NCBI RefSeq assembly: GCF_004010195.1
Contig: NC_057719.1
Span: 14,382,364-14,446,363 of the forward strand
Reading direction: 5' to 3'
Source of the DNA: Chiloscyllium plagiosum
Taxonomy: Eukaryota
DNA: 64,000 nucleotides
The notes beneath the pieces were generated by a model. It saw only the letters and a program-made list of their open reading frames with translations, ran no database searches and was not told where the DNA came from. The translations under genes and the position numbers were made by a program. Positions 12,090 through 24,105 of the stretch are shown piece after piece. Every line of letters begins with the position of its first letter. Positions within the stretch are counted from its first letter, which is position 1.

Positions 12090-14325
12090 TTTTCATTCAT
12101 TCATGAGCCGTAGGTATTATTGGTGAGGATAGCATCTATTGTCTATTCCTAGTTGCCATTGAGAAGGTGATGTGTTGCTGGAAAAGCACAGCAGGTCAGG
12201 CAGCATCCAAGAAGCAGAATCAACGTTTTGGGCATGAGCCCTTCTTCAGGAATGAGGAAAGTGTGTCCAGCAGTCCCAACCCTCAAACTCAGCACCACCT
12301 TCCTAACCTGCAATCCTCTTCCTGACCTCTCCGCCCCCAACCCCACTCCGGCCTATCACCCTCACCTTAACCTCCTTCCACCTATCGCATTTCCAACACC
12401 CCTCCCCCAAGTCCCTCCTCCCTACCTTTTATCTTAGCCTGCTGGACACTTTCCTCATTCCTGAAGAAGGGCTCATGCCCGAAGCGTCGATTCTTCTGCT
12501 CCTTGGATGCTGCCTAACCTGCTGAATTCTAAGGTGAATTCCAGCAACACATTTTCAGCTCTGATCTCCAGCATCTGCAGTCCTCACTTTCTCCTTGAGA
12601 AGGTGATGGTGAGCTGCAGTCCATATGCTGTAGGTTGGCCTGCAATGCCCTTAGGGAGGGAATTCCAGAATTTTGACCCAGTGATGATATATTTCCAAGT
12701 CAGGATGTTGTGTGGCATGAAATGGAATTTGCAGGTGATGATGTTACCATGTATCTTTTGCCTTTACCCTACTAGATGGTCGTGGATGTGGTTTTGGATG
12801 GCACTGCATAAGAAATTTTGGTAAATTTCTGCAATGCATCTTGTAGATATTGTTGAGACTGAGCATTGCTGGAGGAGGCAGTGTATGCTTGTGGGTACAT
12901 TACCAGTCAAGCTTGTTGAAATGGCACACATCCAGACAAGCGGGCAGTATTCCATCACACTCCTGAGTTGTGACTTGTAGCTAATTATCAAGTTTCAGGG
13001 GGTCAGGAAGTGAGTTATTCACTGCATGGTTCCTTGCCTCTGAACAGCCAATGTAGCCAATTATTTATGTGGCTAGTCCAGTTCAGTTTATGATCAATGG
13101 TAACGCTCAGGATGACGAAAATAGAAGATTTAGTAAAGGTGATGCCAAAGAACAGCAAGGTGTGATCCTTCCTTATTGGAGATAGTTATTGTCCAGCACA
13201 AATGTTAGTCTCCAATTGCCATCTCAAGCCTGGATATTGTTTTGTTCTGGATGCATTTGAAGTGCCTGCTTCAATTTCCGAGGATCACAAATGGTGTGAA
13301 CATTGCACAATCATCAGCGAACATCCTCACGTCTGATCTTATGATGGAGGGAATGTCATTGAGGAAGATGGTTGGGCCAAGGACATTACTCTGAGGAACT
13401 CCTGCAGAGATGTCCTGGAGCTGAGATGACTGACCTCCAACAGCCACGACCATCTTCCTATGTGTCAGGTATGATGCCAACTGGCAGAGAGCTTTCACCC
13501 GATTACCATCGATTCCAGTTTTCTAAGGGCTCCTTGATGCCTTGGTCAAATAGAGCAGTCAACTCTCACTTCACCTTAGAATTCAGATTTTTTCTTCATG
13601 TTTGAAGCCTGTAATGAGCTGAGTGGCCTTGGCAGACCCTAAACTGGGCGTCACTGAGCAGATTAATGCTGCTTAGTAACACTATTGATGTAACCTTCCA
13701 TCACTTTACTGATGATCAAGAGTAAACAGATGGGGCAGTTATTGGCTGTGTTGTATTTCTCCTGCTCTTTGAGTACAGGACATGGCTGAGCAATTTTCCG
13801 CATTGTTGGGAAGATGCTAATGTTGTAACTCTAATAGAAGAGTTGGGGAGCGGCAAGTTTTGGAGCACAAGTCTTCAGTACTATTGCCAGAATGTTGTCA
13901 GGGCCCACAGCCTTTGCAGTATCCAGTGCCTGCATCACACTTGTTGATATTGAGTGGAGTGAATCGAATCGGCTGAAGACTGGTAACTGTAATGTTGGGG
14001 ACCACCGGAGGAGGTCGCAATGGATCATCTGCTGAAGATTCTTGCTAATGCTTCAGCCTTATCTTTTTTACTGATGTGCTGAACTCCTTCATCACTGAAG
14101 ATGGGAATGTTTGTGAACCCTCCACCTCAATGAGTTGTTTAACTGTCCACCTCCATTTAGAACCAGGTCTGGCAGGAGTGCACAGTTTAGATCTGATCCA
14201 TTGGCTGTGGGATCATTTAGCTCTATCACTTGCTGCCTATGCCGTTTGGTAACTTCACCAGCTTGACATCTCATTTTATGTTCCTAGCATACCCTCCTGC
14301 ACTATCCACTAAATTAGGGTTGATC
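12090..14325 (-). mobile_element. Second LINE family (CR1-group), ~2-kb decayed RT and C-terminus
   Basis: KAVGPDNILAIVLKTCAPKLAAP; SYLTHRKMVVAVGGQSS..AGVPQSNVLGPTIF..MFADD; YKSQLRSVMEYCPLVW. Confidence 0.9.
12173..12594 (+). mobile_element. Penelope-like terminus, family A, with 5' inverted partial copy
   Basis: TSD ttgagaaggtgatg at 12159-12172 and 12595-12608; hammerhead-like motif at 12461-12488. Confidence 0.9.
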
Positions 14326-14740
14326 CATAGAAACAGAGAAGATAGGAACAGGAGGAGGCCATTCAGCCCTACGAGCCTGCTCCGCCATTCATCATGATCA
14401 TGGTTGATCGTCCAACTCAATAATCTCATCCTGCTCTATCCCCGTAACCTTTGATCCCATTTGCCCCAAGTGCTATATCTAACCCCTTCTTGAATACATT
14501 CAATGTTTTGGCATCACCTACTTCCTGTGGTTATGAATTCCACAGGCTCATCATTCTTTGGGTGAAGAAATATCTCCTCATCTCTGTCCTAAATGATCCA
14601 CCCCAAATCCTCAGACTGTAACCCCTGGGTCTAGACACACCCACCACCGGGAACATCCTCCCTGCATCTACCCTGTCTAGTCCTGTTAGAATTTTATAAG
14701 TCTCCATGAGATTTCACCCTCACTTGTCTGAACCCCAGCA
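14325..14740 (-). mobile_element. CR1 3' fragment
   Basis: Tail 'aggaggccattcagccc'; WNS.PQEV-like remnant. Confidence 0.85.
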
Positions 14741-15110
14741 CTCTCTCGAGACCAAGAGCATCCTTCTTAGCTGCTTTCAGTTGTGATGAAGGCTCAATGG
14801 ACTCAAAAGATTGACTGCTTCACTCTCTACAGATGCTACCAGACCTGCTGAGTTTCTCCAGCACTTTCTGTTTTTGTTTCAGATCGCCAGCATCTGCGGT
14901 TCTTTGTTACATTTTGTGTTACAGATTGCATTGGGACTCTGTTGTCGCTGACAGTGATGCCCAGTTTTGATTTGCTAAATCTGATTTAATCCTTCTGAGA
15001 GGAGGAACACTTTTGAGTCTCCATCTATCTTCCTTCTCCATCTACAATTTAATTGGGCGAAAGCTTCATCAGTCATTGTTGAACATCGAGGGGTGGGTCG
15101 AAGTGGGATA

Positions 15111-15590
15111 CCAGGGTTGGAGATGTTGCCAGGGTTGGAGGATCTGAGCTATAGGGAGAGGCTGAACAGGCTGGGGCTGTTTTCCCTGGAGCATCGTAGC
15201 CTGAGGGGTGACCTTACAAAGGTTTATAAAATTATGAGGGACATGAATAGGATAAACAGACAAATTCTCTTCCTTAGGGTGGGGGAGTCCAGAACTGGGT
15301 GGGGGTATAGGTTTAAGGTGAGAGGGGAAAGATGTAAAAAGAGACCTAAGTGGCAACTTTTTCACGCAGAGGGTGGTGTGTGTATGGAATGAGCTGCGAG
15401 AGGAAGTGGTGGAGGCTGGTACAATTGCAACATTTAAAAGGCATCTGGATGGGTGTATGAACAGGAAAGGTTTAGAGGGATTGGGGCGGTTGCTGGCTGG
15501 TGGAACTAGATTAGATTAGGATATCTGGTCGGCAGGGACATGTTGGACCGAAGGATCTGTTTCCGTGCTGTACATCTCTATGACTCTAAG
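15111..15590 (+). mobile_element. Young 5'-truncated CR1 LINE
   Basis: MLPGLEDLSYRERLNRLGLFSLEHRSLRGDL; tail ctctatgactct. Confidence 0.95.
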
Positions 15591-17193
15591 CCTCCTGCCC
15601 GGATACCCATATGGCCTAATAGTGCCAGTCGAGCAGGAAGCTGCCAGAAGCAGCTGAGAGAGATTCCTGGCAGAAAACTGGAATGGTACCCATTGGCAAT
15701 CTTCATCAGAGAAATCTACTGGTAATCCACTAGTATTTACCAATCTCTACTGGTCTCAAATACTGGTTGACTTACTGTTCCTACAGGGTTGGTGCAAGTC
15801 TTTCCTATTTCTGCCTTGGGAGTCAATTGGGCTCCTTGGCCATCAGGTCACAGGACGGAATGTCCTGTTCCACCTCAAGCTGCAGGACTGTCTGAGACCT
15901 TGGGGGGGCAACAGCAAGAGGTTGAAGGCCCCGGCTACTGACGAAAGGCCAGCGCTAAGGACTGAGATCAGCAGGAAGCCAAGTGAGGGGAGGGGAGGGG
16001 AGGGGAAGGGAAGGGGATGGCAGCTTACCCTAGGGGGGTGCGCGGAGGTCACAGGAAGAGGGCTCTCACAGGGGGTTGAAGACACGGACAAGAGGCGAGT
16101 CTTGAAGTCACCCCTTCCATGCCATTGATTGCACCGCCCCTCATCAACTTAGAGGCCAAACTCAGCATCTCCCCTCCAACGCCCCAAGCAATACAGAAGG
16201 CAGGCCATCCCATGTTACCACTCAGGAAGACTGTCACTTTCTCACCTCATATACAACAAAGAATTGCAGATTCTGGAGATCTGAAACAAACCAGAACAGA
16301 AATTGCTGGAGAAACTCAGCAGGTCTGGCTGCATCTGTGGAGAGAAAACAGAGTTAACTTTTTCGAGTCCAATGACTCCCCCCTTCAGAACTCTCACTTT
16401 CTTACCTGTTGGGCGCAGGATGAATCTGACCAGTAATGAGTTGGGGACCCTTAGGTGGTTGTTAATTGATCACTATACTGGTTGGGAAAGTTGACATATG
16501 GACCAGTCCACTCAGGACTTAACTGGTGGAACAGGCTGGAGGGGCTGAATGGCCTACACTTTTTCCTATGTTCATTGCTGAGGTTGTGGGAAGGGGATGT
16601 GTCTCCCCTGGTGCCAATCTGCTTTACTATTTGCCCTTCCCACTACCTTCCCCATTACTTTTAGTGAGGGTATATATTCACAATGTGGTCCTAGGAGGGA
16701 ATGGAAACAATATGTTGCTCTGAAAAACACATTCAGAAAATCAAGTCTAATTGAAGCAAGCTGTACAGACCAGGTGATATTTCTTCTTCCAAATTCTTAT
16801 GTTCATATAAAGCAAGAGAAAAGGATTTCCATTCCTGAATTATCCAGCAGTGCAATACTTTACACAGGTTGGTGCTTAATATTTAACTGATGAATTGAGT
16901 GTGATAATCCAAAATTCTGGTGCATTTACATTCTGTATTTCCTGCTACTGTGTGACTGTATGGTCAAAGCTGTGTGGCATTTTAAGAATTCACACATAAC
17001 ACATGTATTGCATTATAAACTTCACAAATAATTTAGCAGGAAACAACATACCTCTGGAGTTTTAATAATGTTCCACTTTACTTAAAGATCCATTTCAGCA
17101 TGCACTCTGAACTCCATGCTTTGGAATAACCTCAGTTTTTATGGATGGCGAAGAAATGGACTACGCCCATTTCTCTTTGGTCTCATTCTCCTT

Positions 17194-17432
17194 CAAGAGC
17201 AGGTGAGGACTGCAGATGCTGGAGATCAGAGTCGAAGAGTGTGGTGCTGGAAAAGCACAACGAGTCAGGCAGCATCCGAGGAGCAGGAGCATAAGCTCTG
17301 ATGCTGTTAGGAATGTTCGTGATGTTCCTCTTCACCACTTTCCCGATGAAGAGCTTATGCTCGAAACATTGACTCTCCTGCTCCTCGGATGCTGCCTCAC
17401 CGGCTGCGCTTTTCCAGCACCACACTCTTCGA
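17194..17432. mobile_element. Penelope-like family A fold-back insertion
   Basis: Inverted arms at about 17229-17288 and 17374-17435; TSD ctcattctcctt at 17182-17193 and 17433-17444. Confidence 0.9.
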
Positions 17433-18505
17433 CTCATTCTCCTTTATCTCATTTTCGTTAAGTCCAGAAGTACATGCAACTGAGGTCAACTTCAACAATC
17501 AAAAACTGCCTGTTACATAACCCTGTCCTGCCAGTTATATCTAATCAGCTTGTTCAGAGATATTATTACACATGCCCGGAGCAAGTGAGACTTGAACTCA
17601 GGCCTCCTGATGAAGCCATATCCCATTTTTAGGAGGCCAGGTCATTTTGAAGCCTCAATCACATGACTAACTCCAGACCAATATTTTAATCAATGGTAAA
17701 GCAACATTTCAGTGTTCTGCCACCTCTCTTCCTCCTCCCTCCACAAAACCAATTATAAACTTATCCTTTAGCTGCTGCACGACTGAGTAAACCTGAGAAT
17801 ATGAGTTGTCTACACTTCCCTTTATTTGACTTCCTAAAACCACCCAGGGACTATTGTAATCCTCAACACTGAATCTGTTGGTCACCTTTGCTGATACTCA
17901 GGCAGCATCTCCTTTAAAGTAATTCATTTCGTTCTGTTCTCCCATTGCTCAGATGACTAGCCTGTGGAATTCTCTGCCGCAGAAAACCACTGAGTCAAAA
18001 ACACAGAACTTTTTCAAGGAAGAGTTAGACATAATTCTGAGGGCTAAAGAGTAAGGGGACCAAGTGAGAACAGAGTATTGAGTAATACTTTGAGAAATTC
18101 ACTTGTGGGACTTGAGCCCCGATGGCTGGCCCGCATTTATTTCCAATCCCAAATTGCCCTTGAACAGCCATGTTCAGGTTGAACAGCAGAAAAGGCTCAA
18201 AAGGCTGAAAGGGTGAATCCTGCTCTTATGTGACCTCCAACAATCACAAATATCATTCATTGTGCTAAAGGTGACTCCAACCAATGCAGGCCCATATGTA
18301 GATATATAGGGTTAGTTCACAGATTAGCCAACATCTCATTGAACGATGGTAGAATGGTTCAATGGACAAAATGACCTTCTCCTATTCCTATGACTCATAG
18401 TCCTTTGAGGAGAAAGTGAGGTCTGCAGATGCTCGAGATCAGAGCCGGAGATGTGTTGCTGGAAAAGCGCAGCAGGTCAGGCAGCATCCAGGGAACAGGA
18501 GAATC

Positions 18506-18533
18506 GACGTTTCGGGCATAAGCCCTTCTTCAG
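18506..18533 (-). ncRNA. Minimal type I hammerhead ribozyme motif
   Basis: Minus strand CTGAAGA-A-GGGC-TTAT-GCCC-GAAA-CG-TC; catalytic core intact. Confidence 0.75.
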
Positions 18534-18538
18534 GATTC

Positions 18539-18566
18539 CTGAAGAAGGGCTTATGCCCGAAACGTC
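18539..18566 (+). ncRNA. Minimal type I hammerhead ribozyme motif
   Basis: CTGAAGA-A-GGGC-TTAT-GCCC-GAAA-CG-TC; catalytic core intact, palindromic ACGT at stem III. Confidence 0.75.
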
Positions 18567-20001
18567 AATTCTCCTGTTCCCTGGATGCTGCCTGACCTGC
18601 TGCGCTTTTCCAGCAACACATCTCATAGTCCTTTGAGTCTACCGATCTCATACAAATAGACAATACACAGAAAATTCAACAACCTTCCTCCTTTACAGAA
18701 GCAACTCACATCAGGTTGCAACCATGGGTGCCCAATGTAAATGTGGAGATGAAAACTGGACCTTATAATCACTGGAATTTAAGATTATACTTTCAATTAA
18801 TTTGGAGATAGTTAGTAGTCTCTATGAAGACTAACTTAAGTGGAATATCTTATCCAAGTAAAAATAAATAAACCTCACCTGATGGGGCAATGTTTTTATA
18901 TTTTGGAATTGCAACTCATTGCTTCTGACATTAAAGTATGTTCAATTACTAGAATTGCTCATTAGTTATTTGCTTAGTTTATCTAAGGTCAAGTGAAACC
19001 TGAGAACATGCCGTGTGAGAGAGACTTGTAACAACTCAATGTTGAAAAAGATCAGCAGTTTACAGCATTAACTTTAATTGCTAATCAGCATTAAACCACA
19101 CCACAGCAAGTCCCAGATCACCTTGAGGGCTTAAATGGCAAAAAGGCAGAGAAAATATGGGGTTGAACCTTACTGTGCTTTGGCTAAGTTTGGGTTACAT
19201 TGAGGGATTTTGTTTGCTGTAGGATTTCTCCCTGTATATGACCAACCTTGCCTCATTGACTGACAAGGGCATTGGCTGGTCAGTTAGCTAGAAATGGTAT
19301 GCAAGGGAATGGGGAGAAAGCAGGAGGTTGGCATAATAGGCAGAATGGTCTCCTTCTATGCCATTAGAATTCTGTGATCTACTCTGCCCTGTAACGTCCC
19401 TGAATCCCAGAACATCTTGCCACTCAGTGGATGTTCACTGAAACACTCCTGTTGCCCGCACCACTCCTTCATTATCCTGACAGCCCATTTCATCACATCT
19501 CCCTCACCACCACTCCCCATGTGGAGACCCGCCACTCCCCCTCCTCAATAGCCTGCCGTCCCCCCCAATGTTGATCCACTTACCACCTCCCCCACCCACT
19601 TCACTGACTTTACCCCGGCCCTATCCTTTTCCCCACCTCAGCCCATGCCTCTGCTGTCTCCTGCCAGCCTCGACTTACCCACCCCTTTAGGCAATGACCC
19701 TCCCTCTCTGCCCCTATTCCAGCCAGCCCCCTCAACAATCAATGCATGGACTCCGAGCACTGGATTCAAACCAGATCTCTGACCTACATTGACTAGCAGC
19801 CCCTAGACCTTTCTGACCAGACTGCTGACCATTGTCTTTGCAGCTCTCAGACTGACAACATGCAAATCGCTTGATCTTTGGTGATGCCCACTCCCCAGAG
19901 TGTAGTCAGACACATCCATGACCATGCCCTGCCCAAGCGGGCAAAGACTGTGACCAGCCCCTGGACTGTATGTGCCCATGATTGATGGCATTGGCTACAT
20001 G

Positions 20002-20305
20002 GGGTGGCACGTTGTCTCAGTGGTTAGCACTGCTGCCTCACAGCGCCAGGGACCCGGGTTCAATTCCCGCCTCGGGCAACTGTCTGTGTGGAGTTTGCAC
20101 ATTCTCCCAGTTTCTGCGTGGGTTTCCTCCAGGTGCTCCAGTTTCCTCCCACAGTCCAAAGATGAGCAGGTTAGGTGAATTGGCCATGCTAAATTGTCCA
20201 TAGTGCTAGGTGTCGGGGAATGGGTTTGGGTGGGTTGCTCTTCGGAGGGTCGGTGTGGACTTGTTGGGCCGAAGGGCCTGTTTCCACGCTGTAGGGAATC
20301 TAATC
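20002..20305 (+). mobile_element. HE1-type tRNA-derived V-SINE
   Basis: A box (cagtggttag), B box (ggttcaattcc), V-domain 'tgtgtggagtttgcacattctc..ggtttcctcc', CR1-like tail. Confidence 0.95.
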
Positions 20306-20638
20306 TCCCACAACAATAGCAGCATCCACTCAACTAGACTGAAGACATGGCCCCCCCCAATTTTCCAACATGGCTATTTGGGTGAATAAACGTGCTGTGT
20401 GTTTGCTGATCAGGCAGTTGGCACATGCTATAAGGGTTAGATCAATATCTGTATGTGAGATGTCGCTCTCACGTCTCTAGACAAATCCTTAATAACAAGC
20501 AACCTGGCAGCGTAAAAGACCATGTCTCAATTGTTTGCCGCACTTAGTAAGATAGGAAGCCACCTTATATTAATGAGACGAATGTGCAGTTAATAAGGAG
20601 TTCAACAACCAATAATCCATGTTAATTGGCAATTAGCA

Positions 20639-20651
20639 GTTGCCTAGCAAC
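20639..20651. promoter_or_regulatory. RFX X-box motif
   Basis: GTTGCCTAGCAAC fits GTNRCC-N0-3-RGYAAC and sits in repeat-free sequence; function untested. Confidence 0.4.
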
Positions 20652-21279
20652 AACAGCCTTCACTGTTCACTGATACATCAAAGCAACAGCAAGTTGCTCC
20701 CAACATCAAGATAGACCTCACTGGACCTGTCACAAATTTCCCCACAGACCACCTCAATCAGACCCCTGAAATGTCCACCATTGGATTCACAAAGCAAAAA
20801 CATCCCCTTCATAAGCTTTCAACCCGAACATGTGTTTGTTGCAAGATCACATTTGCAAACGAGAAAAGAAAGCAAAATTCCTTCAGCCAAAAAAAAGACG
20901 TATTTATGAAGACCAGTCAAAAACAATGGAAACATAATCACATATATGTAAATATTATTGCAAACAAAAGGAACTAAAAGGCTTCTAAGTATGCTGCCTT
21001 GTCACAAACAAGTATATGTTTGTTATTTTTAATGTCTGTGGTCCTTGTGCAAAGGATAGTGAGAGCCCACCAAAGCTGTATTAGATGAAGTCTCTTTAAG
21101 TGTCTCATGGCAACATACAGAGGAAACAGATAAATCCCTCGGCTCATAATTACTTTCTATGAGGAGCAATGTCCAAATTTTGCCTGTGTTAACATTTGCA
21201 AATAAAAACTCAGTGTAAACGACCCAACACCAAGTTAGGAGAAAATGCCAGTGATGAATAGGTCTAGAATTAATCGTGA

Positions 21280-21945
21280 CCAGAAGAAATAAGAACAGGA
21301 GTAGGCCATTCAGCCCCTCGAGCATGCTCCACCATTCAACAGGATCATGATTGATCTGACATTCCTCACATCCACTATCCTGCCCTTGCCCCATTACCCT
21401 TTGATTTCCTGTCTCAGCCTTAAATATACACAAGGACTCTGCCCTCCCATGGCTCTCTGTGGCAAGGAATCCAAAAGATTCTCAATCCTCAGCAAAGAAG
21501 TTCCTTTTCATTTCAGTTTTAAATTGGCATCACTTTATTCTGAGACTATGCCTCTCTAGTCTTAGACTCTTCCATGAGGGATACATCCTCTCAACATTTA
21601 CCTTGTCAAGTCCCTTCAGAATCTGATATATTTCAATGAGACCTTGTCTCATTCTTCTAAACTCCAGTGAGTACAGTCCCAACTTGTTGAGCCTTTGCCC
21701 ATATGACAACTCTTCCATACCGGAGAACATCTCAGTGAACTTTCTCTGAACTTCCTTCCATGTAACGCTATCTTACCTTAAATAAGAGGATCAAAACTGC
21801 ACACAGTGTCCAGATGTTTTCCCCCAGCACCTTATAGTTGCAGGACGACTTCCCTACTCTTATACTCCAACCCCCTTGAAATAAGGACCAACGTTCCATT
21901 GGCCTTCCTGATTACCTGCTGCACCTGTGTGTGAGCGTTTTGTGT
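21280..21945 (-). mobile_element. CR1 3' fragment
   Basis: MFSGMEELSYGQRLNKLGLYSLEFRRMRQGLIEIYQIL. Confidence 0.9.
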
Positions 21946-22159
21946 TCTAATTCCAAAAAGTCATACTTAAAGTGAGTACTAAAAACACAAGGAAAGAGTG
22001 CGAAAGTCTCAGATGAACTTATTAATAACATGAGTTTGAAAATCATGCAATACTTCATAATTGGAGTAATATTGAAAAGCTGAAAATTTTACAGCTCAGA
22101 CCTTGCTTAGTGAACTTGGCAAAGCAGAAAAATGTGAACTTTTTCCATGCCAATGAGAG

Positions 22160-22785
22160 ATAGAAAATATTGCGGCGAGTGACTCACCTCCTGACTCTCC
22201 AAAGCCTGTCCACCATCTACAAGGCATAAGTCAGACATGTGATAGAGTAGTCCCCACTTGCCTGGATGGGTACAGCTCCAACAACACTCAAGAAGCTTGA
22301 CACCATCCAGCACAAAGCAGCCCACTTAATTGGCACCACACCCACAAGCATCCACTCCCTCCACCACCAGCACTCAGCAGCAGCAGTATGTACTATCTAC
22401 AAAATGCACTGCAGAAATTCACCAAAGATCCTCAGATAGCACCTTCCAAAACCCACAACCACTTCCATTTAGAAGGCAAAGGGCAACAGATTGATAGGAA
22501 CACCACCACCTGCAAGTTCCCCTCCGAGCCATTCACCATCCTGACTTGGAAATATATCGCCGTTGCCATTCACCATCCTGACTTGGAAATATATCGCCGT
22601 TCCTTCACTGTTGCTGGATCAAAAGCCTGGAATTCCCTCCCTAACGGTCAACTCACAGCACATGGACTGCAGTGGTTCAAGAAAGCAGATCACCACCACC
22701 TTCTCAAGGGCAACTAGGGATGGGCAATAAATGACAGCTCAGCCAGTGACGTCCACACCCCACAAAATGAATGAATGAATAAATA
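22160..22785 (+). mobile_element. Second LINE family, 3' end
   Basis: LSTIYKA.VRHVIE.SPLAW..LKKLDTIQHKAAHLIG; tail ending (aatg)n aataaa. Confidence 0.9.
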
Positions 22786-23214
22786 ATACAAGCACAGAGG
22801 TTTTCTGTTCAGGAGCACGGATGGAGGGGCTATTAGGAAGGTTATTCAGAATAAGGGTAACCCAAAGAAGGCAGCATGAGAAACCTGTGGAAGGGATTGT
22901 CTTAAAGCAGATCATATTCAGGAAAAGGGTATCCTGTAAAATTCATTCAGCTACGTGGAGGACAAATGAACATCTGTTACCTGCTTTTCAAGATCTGCAG
23001 TGGAAGCATTTACAGGCTTATATCTGTCATTATCCTCAAGTTTTATCATTAGGAATCTCCAAGACACATTTGAGGTATGAAGTTACTTTGCTTACTAGTG
23101 CTTGCAGAGCCTTTTTGGTAAACCAGCCGGTGTGTATTGAGAAATCCACTCCAATTGTCACAAACTTCACAGATGTGTTAGTAACAATAGAGATCTAAAG
23201 TGATTAAGTGAGAG

Positions 23215-24105
23215 ATCTAATGATTCAGGTACATATGAAAGTTCTTTGAAAGATGCACCACAGGTAGATGTTTAGCACACTTGCCTTCAGTATTCAGAGC
23301 ACTGAGTATAAGCGTTGGGACGTCATATTATGGTTGTACAGGATGTTGGTGAAGCCACTTTTGGAATACTGTGTACAATTCTGATTGCCGTGCTATAGGA
23401 AGAATATTATTAAACCGGAGAGCATCTAGAAAAGTGAATGATACTGGAACTGGAAGATTTGAATTATAAGGAGAAGCTGGAACGGCTGGGGCTTTTTTCA
23501 CTGGAGCGTAAGAGGCTGAGGGCTGCCCTTATAGAGGTTTATAAAATCATGAGGGGCATTTTAAAGGTGAACAGCCAAGATCTTTTCCCTAGGGTGGGGG
23601 AGTTCAAAACCAGGGGGCATATTATTTAATGTGAGAAGAGAAAGATTTAAAAGGGGCAACTTTTTCATGATTTAGAGACGCCGGTGTTGGACTGGGTGGA
23701 CAAAGTTAAAAATCACACAAAACCAGGTTATAGTCCAACAGGTTTAATTGGAAGCACTAGCTTTTGGAGCTCTGCTCCTTCATCAGGTGGTTGTCAAGGA
23801 GCAGCACTCTGAAAGCTGGTGCTTCCAAATACACCTGTTGGACTATAACCTGGTGTTGTGCGTTTTCAACTTTTTCACACAGAGATTAGTGCGCATATGG
23901 AATGAACTGCCAGAGCAAGTGGTAGATTTGGTATAATTACAACATTTAAAAAAGATCTTTGGACAGGTCCGTGATTAGGAAAGATTTACAGGGATATGGG
24001 CCAAATGCAGGCAAATGGGACTAGTTTAGTTTGAGAAACATGGTCGGCATGGGCGAGTTGGACTGAAGGGACTATTTCTGTGCTGTATGACTCTAACTAT
24101 GACTC
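23215..24105 (+). mobile_element. CR1 3' fragment
   Basis: LEDLNYKEKLERLGLFSLERKRLRAALIEVYKIMRG..FFTQRLVRIWNELPE. Confidence 0.9.
23668..23865. mobile_element. Penelope-like terminus, family B, fold-back nested in CR1
   Basis: Inverted arms ccaggttatagtccaacagg / cctgttggactataacctgg; flanking caacttttt repeats; minus-strand CTGATGA-A-GGAGC-AGA-GCTCC-AAAA-GC-TA at 23786-23758. Confidence 0.85.

Larger units (their letters stand above)
18410..18621. mobile_element. Penelope-like family A near-perfect palindromic insertion
   Basis: 88-bp arms (18448-18535 and 18537-18624) with a 1-nt spacer and one mismatch; direct repeat ctcatagtcctttgag at 18394-18409 and 18622-18637. Confidence 0.95.

Noticed and set aside
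18879..18924. Minus-strand micro-exon with a strong CAG|gtgagg donor
   Set aside because: Poor polypyrimidine tract; its open frame is out of phase with the 10180-10280 candidate
19440..19810. C-rich tract as a structured element
   Set aside because: Low complexity with no clear periodicity
20002..20075. tRNA-like heads of the HE1-type copies as tRNA genes
   Set aside because: They continue into V-domain and LINE-like tails, so they are SINEs
22821..23198. 125-aa plus-strand ORF and an antisense donor at 22981
   Set aside because: No recognisable motif or consistent splice boundaries
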